From the NCBI RefSeq assembly GCF_051097895.1, contig NZ_CP142525.1:1890001-1922000 (forward strand): a stretch of 32,000 bases of DNA, in the 5' to 3' direction. The stretch comes from Psychrobacter sp. HD31. Its GTDB lineage: Bacteria; Pseudomonadota; Gammaproteobacteria; Pseudomonadales; Moraxellaceae. The position numbers and the translations under genes are program-made. The notes below the pieces were generated by a model. That model had not been told where the DNA came from. It saw nothing but the letters and a program-made list of their open reading frames with translations, and did not search any database. This document shows positions 1 through 9,742 of this stretch, piece by piece (position 1 is the first letter of the stretch; each line of letters starts with the position of its first letter).

Positions 1-1246
1 TTGAATTACTAGATAGATGTTTACCGACTTTGTCTTGTGATAAAAATCCGTAATAATCATTGGTGCTGGCTAATGCATCATAAATATTATTTGCTAAATG
101 ATGGTGATTGTTATCGGATGAGTTTTCGTAGGCTCTTGCAAGCCAATATTGCCATTTTGGTTGTTGTTGTTGTTCTGGGCTCATTTGGGTAATAGCGATG
201 TTTAAATCGTCCCATTCACTGTAGCGAATAGCGGCTTGGGCATAGTCTTCGGCTTCTTCATAGTTAAACGATACATTGCTACTTTTACGAAACCAATCAA
301 CAGCTTCTTGACTAAAACCATCATCTGTATTCATGTTCATGCGTTTAACGGCAATGGTGCGATACGCGTGCTGGCGAGTTTCATCAGACAATAAGTGTTG
401 GCTTCGAGCATTATCCTGGCGGATGTCATAATCAAGTTGCATCGCAGCCTCACGGTATGATTTGTCAGTTAACCTACCAATGGCATAAAGATATAAGTAT
501 TGATTGACATCATTATAGGGTTCATAAGCCATACGGCTCATAAAGCCAGTAGGGTTTAATTGAATTTCTGACAGTTGTGAGTAGCCAATGGTATTACCAA
601 GCGAACTTGATAATGCCAAAATATCGCCAGTTTTGCCTTTACGTAACATGCGGTACAGACGATCTTTTTTATCTTGTTGGTTGACAACATAACTATGGGT
701 AAGCTCAGTAGCAAACTGCTCGCATAATGCAGGTTGTTTGTGCGTGTTTAACCAAACTTCTTGTTTAGCAAGCGATAACTGCATGCTATCACCACCATGA
801 AGGTTGCCAAGTGCAATGGCACAGTTCTCACTTTTATCGGCATTGGTTATATAGGAGGAAACTTGTCTGACAGTTGCGTAGTCACCAGTGCTTGCTTTTG
901 ATTCGGCATAGTCAGCAACCAGTTTTTCTGCCATGACAGTGTTTGGGTACTGTTGCACAAAGTTGATGACCGCGTTTGGGTGCAGGCTGTTGATATCATT
1001 ATTTAAACGCCAGTAAGTTGGGTACATGGCAAACAAACTACCACTCATCATTTGTTCGTAAGTATATAGGGCATTGATATCACCACTATCGCCAGCGCGC
1101 TGAGCATCTGTAAAATAACTCACACCGTTGTCATAGTCATTTTGAGCCATGGCGGTTTGGGTAATAGTCGCACTAGCAACTAAAGAGACAATTGGTATTA
1201 GCAACCATTTTTTATTTTGAGTTTTTTTATTAACAGCTGCTTGCAT
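1..1246 (-). CDS. slt: Soluble lytic murein transglycosylase (Slt70-like), N-terminal part; the 3' end lies beyond the window
   Basis: Absent from the ORF track because it runs off the edge. The reverse strand is open from ATG (1246-1244) to position 1. It begins MQAAVNKKTQNKKWLLIPIVSLVASATITQTAMAQNDYDNG..., a signal peptide. It continues ...YWRLNNDINSLHPNAVINFVQQYPNT... and ...PKWQYWLARAYENSS...IYDALASTNDYYGFLSQDKVGK. This matches the superhelical U-domain pattern of E. coli Slt70 as I recall it (...YLEYRQITDDL...VTNFVRANPT... / ...EWRYWQADLL...RGFYPMVAAQRIG). The catalytic domain would lie outside the window. Confidence 0.7.
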   Translation of the reverse strand, partial: MQAAVNKKTQNKKWLLIPIVSLVASATITQTAMAQNDYDNGVSYFTDAQRAGDSGDINALYTYEQMMSGSLFAMYPTYWRLNNDINSLHPNAVINFVQQYPNTVMAEKLVADYAESKASTGDYATVRQVSSYITNADKSENCAIALGNLHGGDSMQLSLAKQEVWLNTHKQPALCEQFATELTHSYVVNQQDKKDRLYRMLRKGKTGDILALSSSLGNTIGYSQLSEIQLNPTGFMSRMAYEPYNDVNQYLYLYAIGRLTDKSYREAAMQLDYDIRQDNARSQHLLSDETRQHAYRTIAVKRMNMNTDDGFSQEAVDWFRKSSNVSFNYEEAEDYAQAAIRYSEWDDLNIAITQMSPEQQQQPKWQYWLARAYENSSDNNHHHLANNIYDALASTNDYYGFLSQDKVGKHLSSNS

Positions 1247-1487
1247 AACGGCTCCTAACGCTTTATTGAGATGATTATAAGTTGAGAATAAAATGCTCAT
1301 ACAAAAATCATATTAGCGTATGTCTATTTATGTTTTATCTTTTCTATTTTATGTAAATTATTATAAACAATAATAGCAAGATATTGTTGCTATTTTGTCA
1401 ATGTTAGGTAGTGGTTATTTTAATTGAAGATAAGTTACAAAAAGCTTATGTATTTATGCGATGATAAAATTAAGCAGTTTTAAATTA

Positions 1488-1496
1488 TGTTATAAT
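1488..1496 (+). promoter_or_regulatory. Candidate extended -10 element (TGTTATAAT) for miaB
   Basis: TGnTATAAT lies 37 bp upstream of the miaB ATG, in the 286-bp AT-rich divergent slt/miaB intergenic region. There is no good -35. TATAAT-like hexamers are frequent by chance in AT-rich DNA. Confidence 0.25.
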
Positions 1497-1532
1497 TAAA
1501 GGTCGTTGTTTTTTTGAACCTGTCTGTTATTA

Positions 1533-3035
1533 ATGGATTTTTTATCTATGAGTGCCACTGTATTTAACCCAAAATTTGATGCGAAACCAGCTACCCAAAA
1601 AGTAGTAAACAATCAAAAGATTGCTATCGACAATATTGAGGTAGACAAAAACTTGCATGCTGAAAAAACTAAAAAAGTTTTTATTAGCACGCAAGGTTGT
1701 CAAATGAATGAATATGACTCAGAAAAAATGGGTGATGTACTGGGTGACTCTCATGGCATGATTATAACCAATAATATTGATGAAGCAGATGTTTTGATTA
1801 TGAATACCTGCTCGATTAGAGAAAAAGCGCAAGAAAAAGTATTTAGTCAACTTGGGCGTTGGCGTAAGCTAAAAGAGAAGAACCCCGATTTGGTTATTGG
1901 TGTTGGTGGCTGTGTGGCATCACAAGAAGGGCAAAATATCCAAAAAAGAGCGCCCTATGTGGATATGATTTTTGGTCCGCAAACCTTGCACCGTTTACCA
2001 GAGTTATATGATGAATCTACGAAACAAACAAATGTGCAACCAAAAAATCGTATTGGTACAGTGGATGTTTCATTCCCGAGTATCGAAAAGTTTGATTTTT
2101 TGCCAGAACCAAAAGTAGAAGGCTACAAAGCATTTGTTTCTATTATGGAAGGGTGCTCAAAATATTGCTCATTTTGTGTTGTTCCTTACACACGTGGTGA
2201 AGAGTTATCACGCCCTTTAGATGATGTATTGGCTGAGATTGACAGTCTGGCAGAACAAGGCGTACGAGAAATTAATTTGCTTGGTCAAAACGTGAATGGC
2301 TACAGAGGTGAAAAAGATGACGGTACGATTTGCCGTTTTGCAGAACTGCTGCATTACGTTGCCCATGTTGATGGGATTGAGCGTATTCGATACACCACAA
2401 GCCATCCTTTAGAGTTTACGGATGATATTATTGATGCTTATGCAAAATTACCACAAATGGTATCTCATCTGCATTTGCCGGTTCAATCGGGTTCAAACAA
2501 TGTGCTTAAAGCCATGAAACGCAATCATACGATTGATGTTTATATCAACCAAATTAATAAATTATTGGCAATTCGTCCTGACATGCATTTGTCGAGTGAT
2601 TTTATTATCGGCTTCCCTGGTGAAACAGAGGAAGACTTTAATGAAACTCTGCAGTTAGCAAAAGACTTAAATTTTGATCATTCTTACAGTTTTATTTACT
2701 CAAAACGTCCAGGTACGCCAGCCAGCGAGTTACCAGATGATATTCCGCTATCGGTTAAAAAAGAGCGTTTGGCTGCGTTTCAAAAAGTGATTGTTGATTC
2801 AACACTTAAAAAGACCGAAGCGATGGTTGGTCAAACGCACCGTGTGTTGGCAGAAGAGGTAGGTAACCGCCATACCGATCACTTGCATGGCACAGCAGAT
2901 AACACCCGCTCGGTTATCTTCCCTGTTGAGGAAGAACAAAAACAAGCCTTGTTGGGCAAGTTTGTAGAAGTGGAAATTACAGAATATGTCAGCCCGCATC
3001 TGGTGAAAGGTAAACTATTAAAACTATTAGATTAG
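1533..3035 (+). CDS. miaB: tRNA-2-methylthio-N6-dimethylallyladenosine synthase MiaB (radical SAM methylthiotransferase)
   Basis: [24 protein letters not shown]...[49 protein letters not shown]...[12 protein letters not shown] is near-colinear with E. coli MiaB. The radical-SAM motif [11 protein letters not shown] is present, and there is a C-terminal TRAM-like region. The start could also be the ATG at 1548. Confidence 0.95.
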   Translation: MDFLSMSATVFNPKFDAKPATQKVVNNQKIAIDNIEVDKNLHAEKTKKVFISTQGCQMNEYDSEKMGDVLGDSHGMIITNNIDEADVLIMNTCSIREKAQEKVFSQLGRWRKLKEKNPDLVIGVGGCVASQEGQNIQKRAPYVDMIFGPQTLHRLPELYDESTKQTNVQPKNRIGTVDVSFPSIEKFDFLPEPKVEGYKAFVSIMEGCSKYCSFCVVPYTRGEELSRPLDDVLAEIDSLAEQGVREINLLGQNVNGYRGEKDDGTICRFAELLHYVAHVDGIERIRYTTSHPLEFTDDIIDAYAKLPQMVSHLHLPVQSGSNNVLKAMKRNHTIDVYINQINKLLAIRPDMHLSSDFIIGFPGETEEDFNETLQLAKDLNFDHSYSFIYSKRPGTPASELPDDIPLSVKKERLAAFQKVIVDSTLKKTEAMVGQTHRVLAEEVGNRHTDHLHGTADNTRSVIFPVEEEQKQALLGKFVEVEITEYVSPHLVKGKLLKLLD

Positions 3036-3125
3036 TTTTGTTTTTTAACACTTAAAAGTGGCTATATAAATTTAAACCGATTACTTAAATAGATTGCATT
3101 GGTTTAGTACTTTAAAAATGAATGT

Positions 3126-3782
3126 TTACAGTAGCTCCCAAAGCATTAGACCTGCAATGGTAATAAACAGCAAACCACAAATACGGTTTAACCAAATAAG
3201 GCGATTGTCTGTTTGTAACCAATTTGCCAAATTTTTACCGCTAAATAAATAAGCCGCTTGCCAAAAAGTTTCACTTAAAAATAATCCAAAAGTTAAAATC
3301 ACATACTGCGTAAGCAAAGGGGCATTAAAGTTAATAAATTTTGGGAAAAAAGCTGCAAAAAATAAAATGGCTTTTGGGTTAGAAAGTGAAACAAACATCC
3401 CCTTTTTAAACATTTGCCAAGGTTTGGCTTGTTTGGACTGTAACGCCTGTTGGGCTTGGCTAATGTGGTTTTTATCTGTCATTAGCTCGTTGTTGTTTTC
3501 TGCATGTAACCATGACTGCAACCCTAAAAAAGCCAAATAAAATGCACCGACTATTTTTATAATAGTTAAAGCCCATGGTAGCTGCTTGGTTAAGGTGTCG
3601 ATCCCAAGTAATGCCGACAATAACAACAAAAACAGCCCAAAACTGAGCCCTGCAATTGTCCATAACGTTTTCTTAACACCAAAATTAATACCATACTGAA
3701 AGGCCAATAACATATTAGGACCTGGTGTGGCAGAAATTAAAAAGGTACTACCAAAAAAAAGTAAAAAGGTCTCAATATTCAT
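3126..3782 (-). CDS. LysE/RhtB-family amino-acid efflux permease
   Basis: Multi-pass membrane ORF with the family N-terminal signature ...LFFGSTFLISATPGPNMLLAFQYG... and C-terminal ...NPKAILFFAAFFPKFI.... I place the start at the internal ATG 3782 (MNIETFLLFF...), which gives the usual ~218 aa. The track start at 3830 adds 16 non-hydrophobic residues. Confidence 0.8.
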   Translation of the reverse strand: MNIETFLLFFGSTFLISATPGPNMLLAFQYGINFGVKKTLWTIAGLSFGLFLLLLSALLGIDTLTKQLPWALTIIKIVGAFYLAFLGLQSWLHAENNNELMTDKNHISQAQQALQSKQAKPWQMFKKGMFVSLSNPKAILFFAAFFPKFINFNAPLLTQYVILTFGLFLSETFWQAAYLFSGKNLANWLQTDNRLIWLNRICGLLFITIAGLMLWELL

Positions 3783-3889
3783 ATTTAAATAGCTACATTG
3801 ATTGATTGTTTTGGGCAATACAGTTACCAAAAAACACTATTGCTGATGTAAAAAAACAGTATTATAGATTAGAACCTGTTTAATTATCT

Positions 3890-3903
3890 ACGATAATTAT
3901 CGT
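3890..3903. promoter_or_regulatory. Perfect 14-bp palindrome ACGATAATTATCGT in the lysE-family/mltG divergent intergenic region (candidate operator)
   Basis: Read directly: 3890-3903 equals its own reverse complement. TAATTATC also occurs just upstream (3881-3888). The palindrome lies 17 bp upstream of the mltG ATG. No regulator is identified. Confidence 0.3.
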
Positions 3904-3919
3904 AAACTTTTTTTAAATT

Positions 3920-5119
3920 ATGAAACATACCAAAAAACCAAGCAACCAAACATCGATAGACTCTGATAGACCAAATGAATCAACGGCTGACTCAGTGGTT
4001 GAAAAAAAAGAACCACAAATGACCAACAACAAACAAACATCACTGCCAAACAAGGCGGATAGTGTTCATTCTGTAGTTAAAAAGTTTTATTTTTTGCAAA
4101 AATATGCGAAACAATTTAGATTCGCTGTTTTTGCTGGGCTTATGTATGTGGGTGTTTTGGTTTATCAAACATTATTTGTGGGCATTGAGCAAAATAAACA
4201 AATGTTTGAAGTGCAAGAGGGACAAACTTATTATGGTGTGATGGCGCATTGGCAAAAACAAGTGCCATTGTTTTCTAACACGTTGGGCAAGCTGTTTGTT
4301 AACCTAAAGACAAAGGATACTTTACATGCAGGAACCTACCAGTTGCCAAAAAATCCTAGCTTTTTTAGAGCGATGAGTATTTTATCTCAAGGTTCAAATG
4401 CGGCAGTGGTTAAAGTGCAAATTATTGAAGGCAAAACAAGCAAAGATTTATATAAAAAGCTAAAAGCTACGAAGGGGCTAAAAATTGAGGTTTTAGATAA
4501 TCTTGAGCATATTAAGTCTGCTTTAGGTGTTACCCCAACGACCCCAACTGGCAAGTTTGAACAAAACTTAGAAGGCTGGTTTGCACCAGATACATATTTT
4601 TTTAGTGAGGGTACAAGCGATAAGCAAATCTTGTTAAAATTATACCAGCATCAGCAAAAAAACTTAGATGAAGCATGGCAAAATAGAAAGAAAGATTTAC
4701 CCTATAAAACACCCTATGAAGCTTTAATTATGGCCTCTATCATAGAAAAAGAAACAGGCTTAGCCGAAGAAAGGCAAAAAATAGCGGGTGTGTTTGTCAA
4801 TCGTTTAAAAATAGGGATGCGTTTACAAACTGATCCCACTATTATCTATGGGCTAGGTGAACGCTATGATGGTGATATTAAACGTGCCGATATTAATGAA
4901 AAAACAGCGTATAACACGTATCAAATTGATGGTTTGCCACCAACGCCAATAGCTTTGCCCTCAAAAGCGGCAATTCAGGCAGCACTTAACCCAGCGGATA
5001 CAAAAGCATTGTATTTTGTAGCAACGGGTGATGGCGGGCATAAGTTTAGCAATACTCTTGCAGCGCATAACCAAGCGGTAAAAGAGTATTTGAAGGTTAT
5101 GCAAAATAAAAACAAATAA
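3920..5119 (+). CDS. mltG: Endolytic murein transglycosylase MltG (YceG family)
   Basis: A TM helix (FAVFAGLMYVGVLVYQTLFVGI) is followed by the YceG core ...ALIMASIIEKETGLAEERQKIAGVFVNRLKIGMRLQTDPTIIYG...YNTYQIDGLPPTPIALPSKAAIQAALNP...LYFVATGDGGHKFS. The mltG-tmk adjacency matches E. coli (yceG-tmk). There is a ~60-aa low-complexity N-terminal extension. Confidence 0.9.
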   Translation: MKHTKKPSNQTSIDSDRPNESTADSVVEKKEPQMTNNKQTSLPNKADSVHSVVKKFYFLQKYAKQFRFAVFAGLMYVGVLVYQTLFVGIEQNKQMFEVQEGQTYYGVMAHWQKQVPLFSNTLGKLFVNLKTKDTLHAGTYQLPKNPSFFRAMSILSQGSNAAVVKVQIIEGKTSKDLYKKLKATKGLKIEVLDNLEHIKSALGVTPTTPTGKFEQNLEGWFAPDTYFFSEGTSDKQILLKLYQHQQKNLDEAWQNRKKDLPYKTPYEALIMASIIEKETGLAEERQKIAGVFVNRLKIGMRLQTDPTIIYGLGERYDGDIKRADINEKTAYNTYQIDGLPPTPIALPSKAAIQAALNPADTKALYFVATGDGGHKFSNTLAAHNQAVKEYLKVMQNKNK

Positions 5120-5141
5120 TTTTAAACATGAGCTAATAAGT

Positions 5142-5786
5142 ATGAATAACTTAACCGGGCGTTTTATCAGTTTTGAAGGGACAGAAGGTGTTGGTAAAAC
5201 AACTGCAATCAATAACTTGTGTCAAAAGCTGGAAGACGCAGGCATTGAGTATGTGCACACACGTGAGCCAGGCGGCAGTGATTTTGCAGAAAAGCTAAGG
5301 GATATCTTGCTAAGCCCAGCAACACAAATTAATGAAGATACTGAGCTTTTGTTGATTTTTGCAGCACGCAGTGACCATTTAGCTAACGTTATTTTGCCTG
5401 CATTAAAAGCTGGTAAATGGGTGATTTGTGATAGATTTGTAGATTCAAGTTTTGCTTATCAAGGGTTTGGGCGTAGCAGTGATAACGAAAATCATGCTAT
5501 TGCAATGCAAGCAAAAGTAAAGCAATTAACGGCAGACTTTGTAGAAAAAATGCCTGATTTAACTTTGTGGTTAGATTTACCCGTTAAAGAAGGTATTGAG
5601 CGTGCTGGTAAACGTAGTGCGGCTGATAGGTTTGAGCAAGAAGCTGTTGATTTTTTTGAGCGTGTACACCAAGGGTATCAATACTTAGCAAAAAACGAAC
5701 CTGAAAGATTCAAACGTATTAGTGCAAGTGGCACAGCAGAGCAAGTTGCAAAGCGTATTTGGCAAGCGGTTAACGAGAACGTTTAA
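5142..5786 (+). CDS. tmk: Thymidylate kinase
   Basis: P-loop FISFEGTEGVGKTT, then ...HTREPGG..., DRF.DSS.AYQG and the lid region. Size is 214 aa and it sits directly after mltG. Confidence 0.95.
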   Translation: MNNLTGRFISFEGTEGVGKTTAINNLCQKLEDAGIEYVHTREPGGSDFAEKLRDILLSPATQINEDTELLLIFAARSDHLANVILPALKAGKWVICDRFVDSSFAYQGFGRSSDNENHAIAMQAKVKQLTADFVEKMPDLTLWLDLPVKEGIERAGKRSAADRFEQEAVDFFERVHQGYQYLAKNEPERFKRISASGTAEQVAKRIWQAVNENV

Positions 5787-5808
5787 CACAAAGAGAGTGT
5801 TAAACGTT
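5778..5808. terminator. Perfect 12-bp hairpin between convergent tmk and ponA (possible bidirectional terminator or RNA-stability element)
   Basis: AACGTTTAACAC (5778-5789), loop AAAGAGA, GTGTTAAACGTT (5797-5808). The 5' arm contains the tmk stop codon (5784-5786). No U-tract follows on either strand, so it is not a canonical intrinsic terminator. Confidence 0.35.
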
Positions 5809-5862
5809 TAAAATATAAATCATACCCTTAACGTTTATTAGCACTAACGCCAGCCTAGTTCT

Positions 5863-8517
5863 TTATTGGGGTGGCAGAGTTTCTGTTTCTGCTACTGGGG
5901 TGGCAACACTTTCATTACCTTTGTTATTATTCGGCTTTTCTACACTGCCAGACGGTTTATTCTCTGGTGCTGGTGCTGGTGCTGGTGCTGGTGCTGGTGC
6001 TGGTGCTGGTGGCACAAAAGGTTTTATACCTTGAGGGGCACTAGGGTCAGCACTGTCAGTTGGATTTTGTTTTTTATTATTCGCGTATTCAACCTTTGGA
6101 CCCTCTTCGGTTAAATTAACACGGTTGGATTTTTGCACCTCAGAATCAGCCTGGTTTTTGGGTGCGACCCATTGATAAGGAACGCCACTTAGTTGATTAC
6201 GCATAAAGTCTACCCAAATTGGTAAAGCAAGTTTACCACCATAGCCCTTATTACCCAGTGTTGAGGGTTGATCAAATCCCATCCATACAACGGTTGCCAC
6301 AGTCGGCTGATAGCCAGCAAACCAGGCATCTCTAAAGTTGTTGGTTGTCCCTGTTTTGCCACCAATATCCATACGCCCGAGTGCTTGAGCTCTTTTGGCA
6401 GTACCCACCTGAATAACATCTCTCAAAATACTTGACATGTTTGCCGCTGTATCAGCAGAGATAATACGGGGTGCTTGTTCTGCACGTTCTCGGTTGGCTT
6501 GTATCACCTTCATGCGGTCATCAGCGGCGCTCGCATTATGGTTGTCAGTTGCGGTTTCTTTTGAAACCTCTTGCACTTTATCATCTTGTTTTTTGCGATT
6601 TTGGTTGGCTTGCTTGCTAACACCTTTTGGTTTTGCATTATCATTCACAATGGTTTTATTAAAACAGCTTGCACAAGCTCTGGCAGGGTTTGCTTGATAC
6701 AGCAACTCATGATCAAAGTTGTAAATTTGCTCAATAAAATAAGGTTGAATACGGTGTCCACCATTGGCAAAAGTTGAGTAGGCCGTTGCCATTTGAAGTG
6801 GAGAAGCTTGCCCAGCACCAAGTGCAAGTGACAAGGTGGCAGGCATTTTATTTTGGTCTAATCCAAATTTATCTAACAGTTGTCTTGCGTTGGAAATACC
6901 AACAGAGCGCAGCACTCTAATAGATACAAGGTTACGTGATAAATATAGTCCCTGACGTAGCGGCATTTCTCCAAGATAACGACCGTCGGAGTTTCTAGGT
7001 GTCCAACCGTCAATGGTCAGCTTGTTATCTGATACTAACGTATTTGGGGTATAGCCTTTTTCTAACGCAGCAGAATAAACCAGAGGTTTGATGGTTGATC
7101 CTGGTTGTCGCCAGCCATCAGTTGCACGGTTAAATTTGCTGTGATAGTAATCAAAGCCACCCACAAGAGCAATAACGGCACCAGTTTCCGGATTCAATGA
7201 TACTAAGCTGGCTTCTACCTCGGGTATTTGAACCAGTCGCCAGTACTTACTGTTGACATTATTAGCATTTGGTTTTAAACGAACAATATCACCAACTTTT
7301 ACAATTTGCGATGGTCGAGAAGGCGATCGTTTAACTTTATTTGCACTGATATATTCACGAGCCCATCGCATACCAGACCAAAGCACGGTTGCTTGAGTTC
7401 CGTCTTCAAGCTCTGCCTGAAAACTACTATTGGATACTTTTGTCACTTTAGCTGGGTACATACCCGCAACGACACGAAAGTTTTCTAATTTTGTTTTGCC
7501 ATCTGCCACATTGCCTAATGCACCGCGCCAGCCATGCAAGCGATCATAACGGATCAGGTGTCTTTTAACGACTTTATCTGCATTTTTTTGTGAATCACTG
7601 TCTATGGTTAAGCGTACTCTCCAGCCACTGTTCATGACACGAGGACCATATTGATTGATTAACTTGATGCGTGCCATTTCGGTTAAATATGGCATACGGG
7701 TATCAACCTGTTCGGCGTATAATTTTAGCCCAATTGGTTCAGCTATGGCTTGTTCATATTGCTCATTATTAATGTAGCCAAGCTGTTGCATGCGTTTTAA
7801 TATCCAGTTGCGTCGGCTCAATGCGCGTTCTGGATTTTTAACCGGGTTATAAGCAGAGGGTGCTTTTGGTAGCCCTGCAATCATGGCGGTTTCTGCTATG
7901 GTTAACCTGTCTAATGTTTTGCTGTAATACTTACGTGCCGCAGCTTTAATACCATAAGCCCCTTCACCAAGATAAATCTTATTAACATAGAGTGTCATAA
8001 TTTCATCTTTGCTAAGTTCTTGCTCAATTTTACGGGCAATAAATAGTTCAGTCAGCTTGCGGTTTAAAGTTCTTTCAGACGATAAGAAATAGTTTTTTGC
8101 TACCTGCATGGTGATGGTAGAGCCACCTGTTTGTGACTCATCACCGGTTGCGGCTTCGGTAAGGGCGCGCCCTAAACCTTTTACACTAATACCTGTATGT
8201 TCATAAAATGCGGAGTCTTCAGCTGACATAAACGCCTGAATCATGGTTTCAGGGATTTCTGCACGAGTGACAGGCATCGACATGCGGTTGCCATACAAAC
8301 CAATTAGTTTTTCATCATGGCTATAAATTTGCAGCGGCATTTCAAAGTCGGCAGTTTTTATTTGATTAACACTTGGCAAGGTTGGCTCAAGATATAATGC
8401 CATGCCATAAAACCCAACGGGTAAGGCTAAAGCCAAGACGATAATGAACGCAATAAAAGCAAGTAAAAGCTTAAAAATAAAGAAACTTAATTTGGCTGTA
8501 ATAGAAGATGAAGACAT
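5863..8517 (-). CDS. ponA: Penicillin-binding protein 1A (bifunctional glycosyltransferase/transpeptidase)
   Basis: N-terminal TM anchor; GT51 motifs (...FMSAEDSAFYEHTGIS...GGSTITMQVAKN...RKLTELFIARKIE...); transpeptidase motifs (PGSTIKP, SRN, KTGTTN). It is divergent from pilM, as in Pseudomonas and Acinetobacter. I place the start at ATG 8517 (MSSSSITAKLSFFIF...); the track start at 8589 adds 24 aa. There is a low-complexity C-terminal tail. Confidence 0.95.
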   Translation of the reverse strand: MSSSSITAKLSFFIFKLLLAFIAFIIVLALALPVGFYGMALYLEPTLPSVNQIKTADFEMPLQIYSHDEKLIGLYGNRMSMPVTRAEIPETMIQAFMSAEDSAFYEHTGISVKGLGRALTEAATGDESQTGGSTITMQVAKNYFLSSERTLNRKLTELFIARKIEQELSKDEIMTLYVNKIYLGEGAYGIKAAARKYYSKTLDRLTIAETAMIAGLPKAPSAYNPVKNPERALSRRNWILKRMQQLGYINNEQYEQAIAEPIGLKLYAEQVDTRMPYLTEMARIKLINQYGPRVMNSGWRVRLTIDSDSQKNADKVVKRHLIRYDRLHGWRGALGNVADGKTKLENFRVVAGMYPAKVTKVSNSSFQAELEDGTQATVLWSGMRWAREYISANKVKRSPSRPSQIVKVGDIVRLKPNANNVNSKYWRLVQIPEVEASLVSLNPETGAVIALVGGFDYYHSKFNRATDGWRQPGSTIKPLVYSAALEKGYTPNTLVSDNKLTIDGWTPRNSDGRYLGEMPLRQGLYLSRNLVSIRVLRSVGISNARQLLDKFGLDQNKMPATLSLALGAGQASPLQMATAYSTFANGGHRIQPYFIEQIYNFDHELLYQANPARACASCFNKTIVNDNAKPKGVSKQANQNRKKQDDKVQEVSKETATDNHNASAADDRMKVIQANRERAEQAPRIISADTAANMSSILRDVIQVGTAKRAQALGRMDIGGKTGTTNNFRDAWFAGYQPTVATVVWMGFDQPSTLGNKGYGGKLALPIWVDFMRNQLSGVPYQWVAPKNQADSEVQKSNRVNLTEEGPKVEYANNKKQNPTDSADPSAPQGIKPFVPPAPAPAPAPAPAPAPENKPSGSVEKPNNNKGNESVATPVAETETLPPQ
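5964..6011. repeat. Hexanucleotide tandem repeat (CTGGTG)x8 encoding the (Pro-Ala)n tract in the PBP1A C-terminal tail
   Basis: Eight uninterrupted CTGGTG units are counted directly. On the coding (-) strand they give ...PPAPAPAPAPAPAPAPE.... The unit length keeps the reading frame. Confidence 0.95.
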
Positions 8518-8707
8518 ATTTTTATTAAAAATCAAGCAAGATATAAAAAGGTATTGAACATCATTATACGATGAATAGTTAGGTTGCATAGCATAAATTA
8601 CATGAATTATAAAAAAATCTTTAATTAAATACGATTAACTTGAATCTTTGCTTTAATTAACGTAAGGTGGTTTTAACAAGGATTTTAAGCATTTTTAGGG
8701 ATGAAAA

Positions 8708-9742
8708 GTGAGTGTGTTTTCTCTGTTTTTTAATAAAAAACAGCAGCTTTTAGGAATAGATATTGGTTCGGCACAAGTTAAGATTGTTGAGCTGGTACGC
8801 AAATCTCAAGGCTTATTTCTACAAGCCTATGCCATAGAACCAATGCCAACAGGGTTAGTGATTGACAGAACGATCACAGATGCTGAGGCAGTTGGTCAAG
8901 TCATTGTTACAGCGCTTAACAAAACCAAATTTATTAGTACACAGGCAGCGGCAGCAGTTGTTGGCTCAGTCGTGATGACAAAAGTGATTGAGCTTGACTC
9001 AAAGCTCAATGATATAGAACGAGAAGCGCAAATTCGCCTTGAGGCAGACAAACATATTCCTTATCCATTATCAGAAGTTAATTTTGACTTTGATGTCATT
9101 GATCAATCACCACAAAACCCAAATGATGACAAAGTACTGCTTGCAGTATCGCTAACAGAAAATGTGGATTTAAGAGCAGATGCGTTAATATTTGCAGGGT
9201 TAGAGGCAAAAGTGATTGATATCGAATGCTATGCTATGCAAAGAGCCTTCTCTTTGGCTGTAAATGTTGGCGTTGATACGTTCGATGACAATAGGGTGAT
9301 GATTGATATAGGACATCAACAGCTGACGGTTTATGTGTTTAATGATAAAGAAATCATTTATAACAAAGAACAAGCAATTGACCTCAACGCTAGTGATTTC
9401 AGTCCATCGGGCGATAAAGTCGTGGTTAGTAAACTGACAGAAGAAATTAGGCGTGCTTTATTATTTTATCGTTCTACCCAATCCAGTCATTTAATGATAG
9501 ATGGGATTAAACATTTATTTTTATGTGGTGGGATTAATCCCTTGATTATGCAGGACCTGCAACAAGCATTACCGAAGTCTTTAATTGATGCAAATATCGC
9601 TTTTGAAAATCAAATCAAAGTGAATATTACCAATCCTTTTAATAATATGGGTGTTTCTCCTCATATTAATCCTACTCAGCTAGCACAAGATGCGCCCAGT
9701 TTGATGCTTGCTTGTGGCTTGGCAATGAGGAGTTTTGATTAA
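8708..9742 (+). CDS. pilM: Type IV pilus assembly protein PilM (actin-like ATPase fold)
   Basis: N-terminus ...KKQQLLGIDIGSAQVKIVEL... is typical of PilM. It is the first gene of a pilMNOPQ-ordered cluster. GTG start with AGGG 7 nt upstream. Confidence 0.9.
   Translation: MSVFSLFFNKKQQLLGIDIGSAQVKIVELVRKSQGLFLQAYAIEPMPTGLVIDRTITDAEAVGQVIVTALNKTKFISTQAAAAVVGSVVMTKVIELDSKLNDIEREAQIRLEADKHIPYPLSEVNFDFDVIDQSPQNPNDDKVLLAVSLTENVDLRADALIFAGLEAKVIDIECYAMQRAFSLAVNVGVDTFDDNRVMIDIGHQQLTVYVFNDKEIIYNKEQAIDLNASDFSPSGDKVVVSKLTEEIRRALLFYRSTQSSHLMIDGIKHLFLCGGINPLIMQDLQQALPKSLIDANIAFENQIKVNITNPFNNMGVSPHINPTQLAQDAPSLMLACGLAMRSFD

Noticed and set aside
3036-3125. Terminator between convergent miaB and the LysE-family gene
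   Set aside because: Only weak, imperfect stems are present (e.g. AAACCGAT...ATTGGTTT with a 16-nt loop), with no U-tract. Not reportable.
5866-6114. 82-aa + strand ORF containing WCWCWCWCWCWCWCW
   Set aside because: It is the antisense reading of the (CTGGTG)x8 repeat inside ponA. It lies entirely within a well-supported gene on the other strand and is a repeat artefact.
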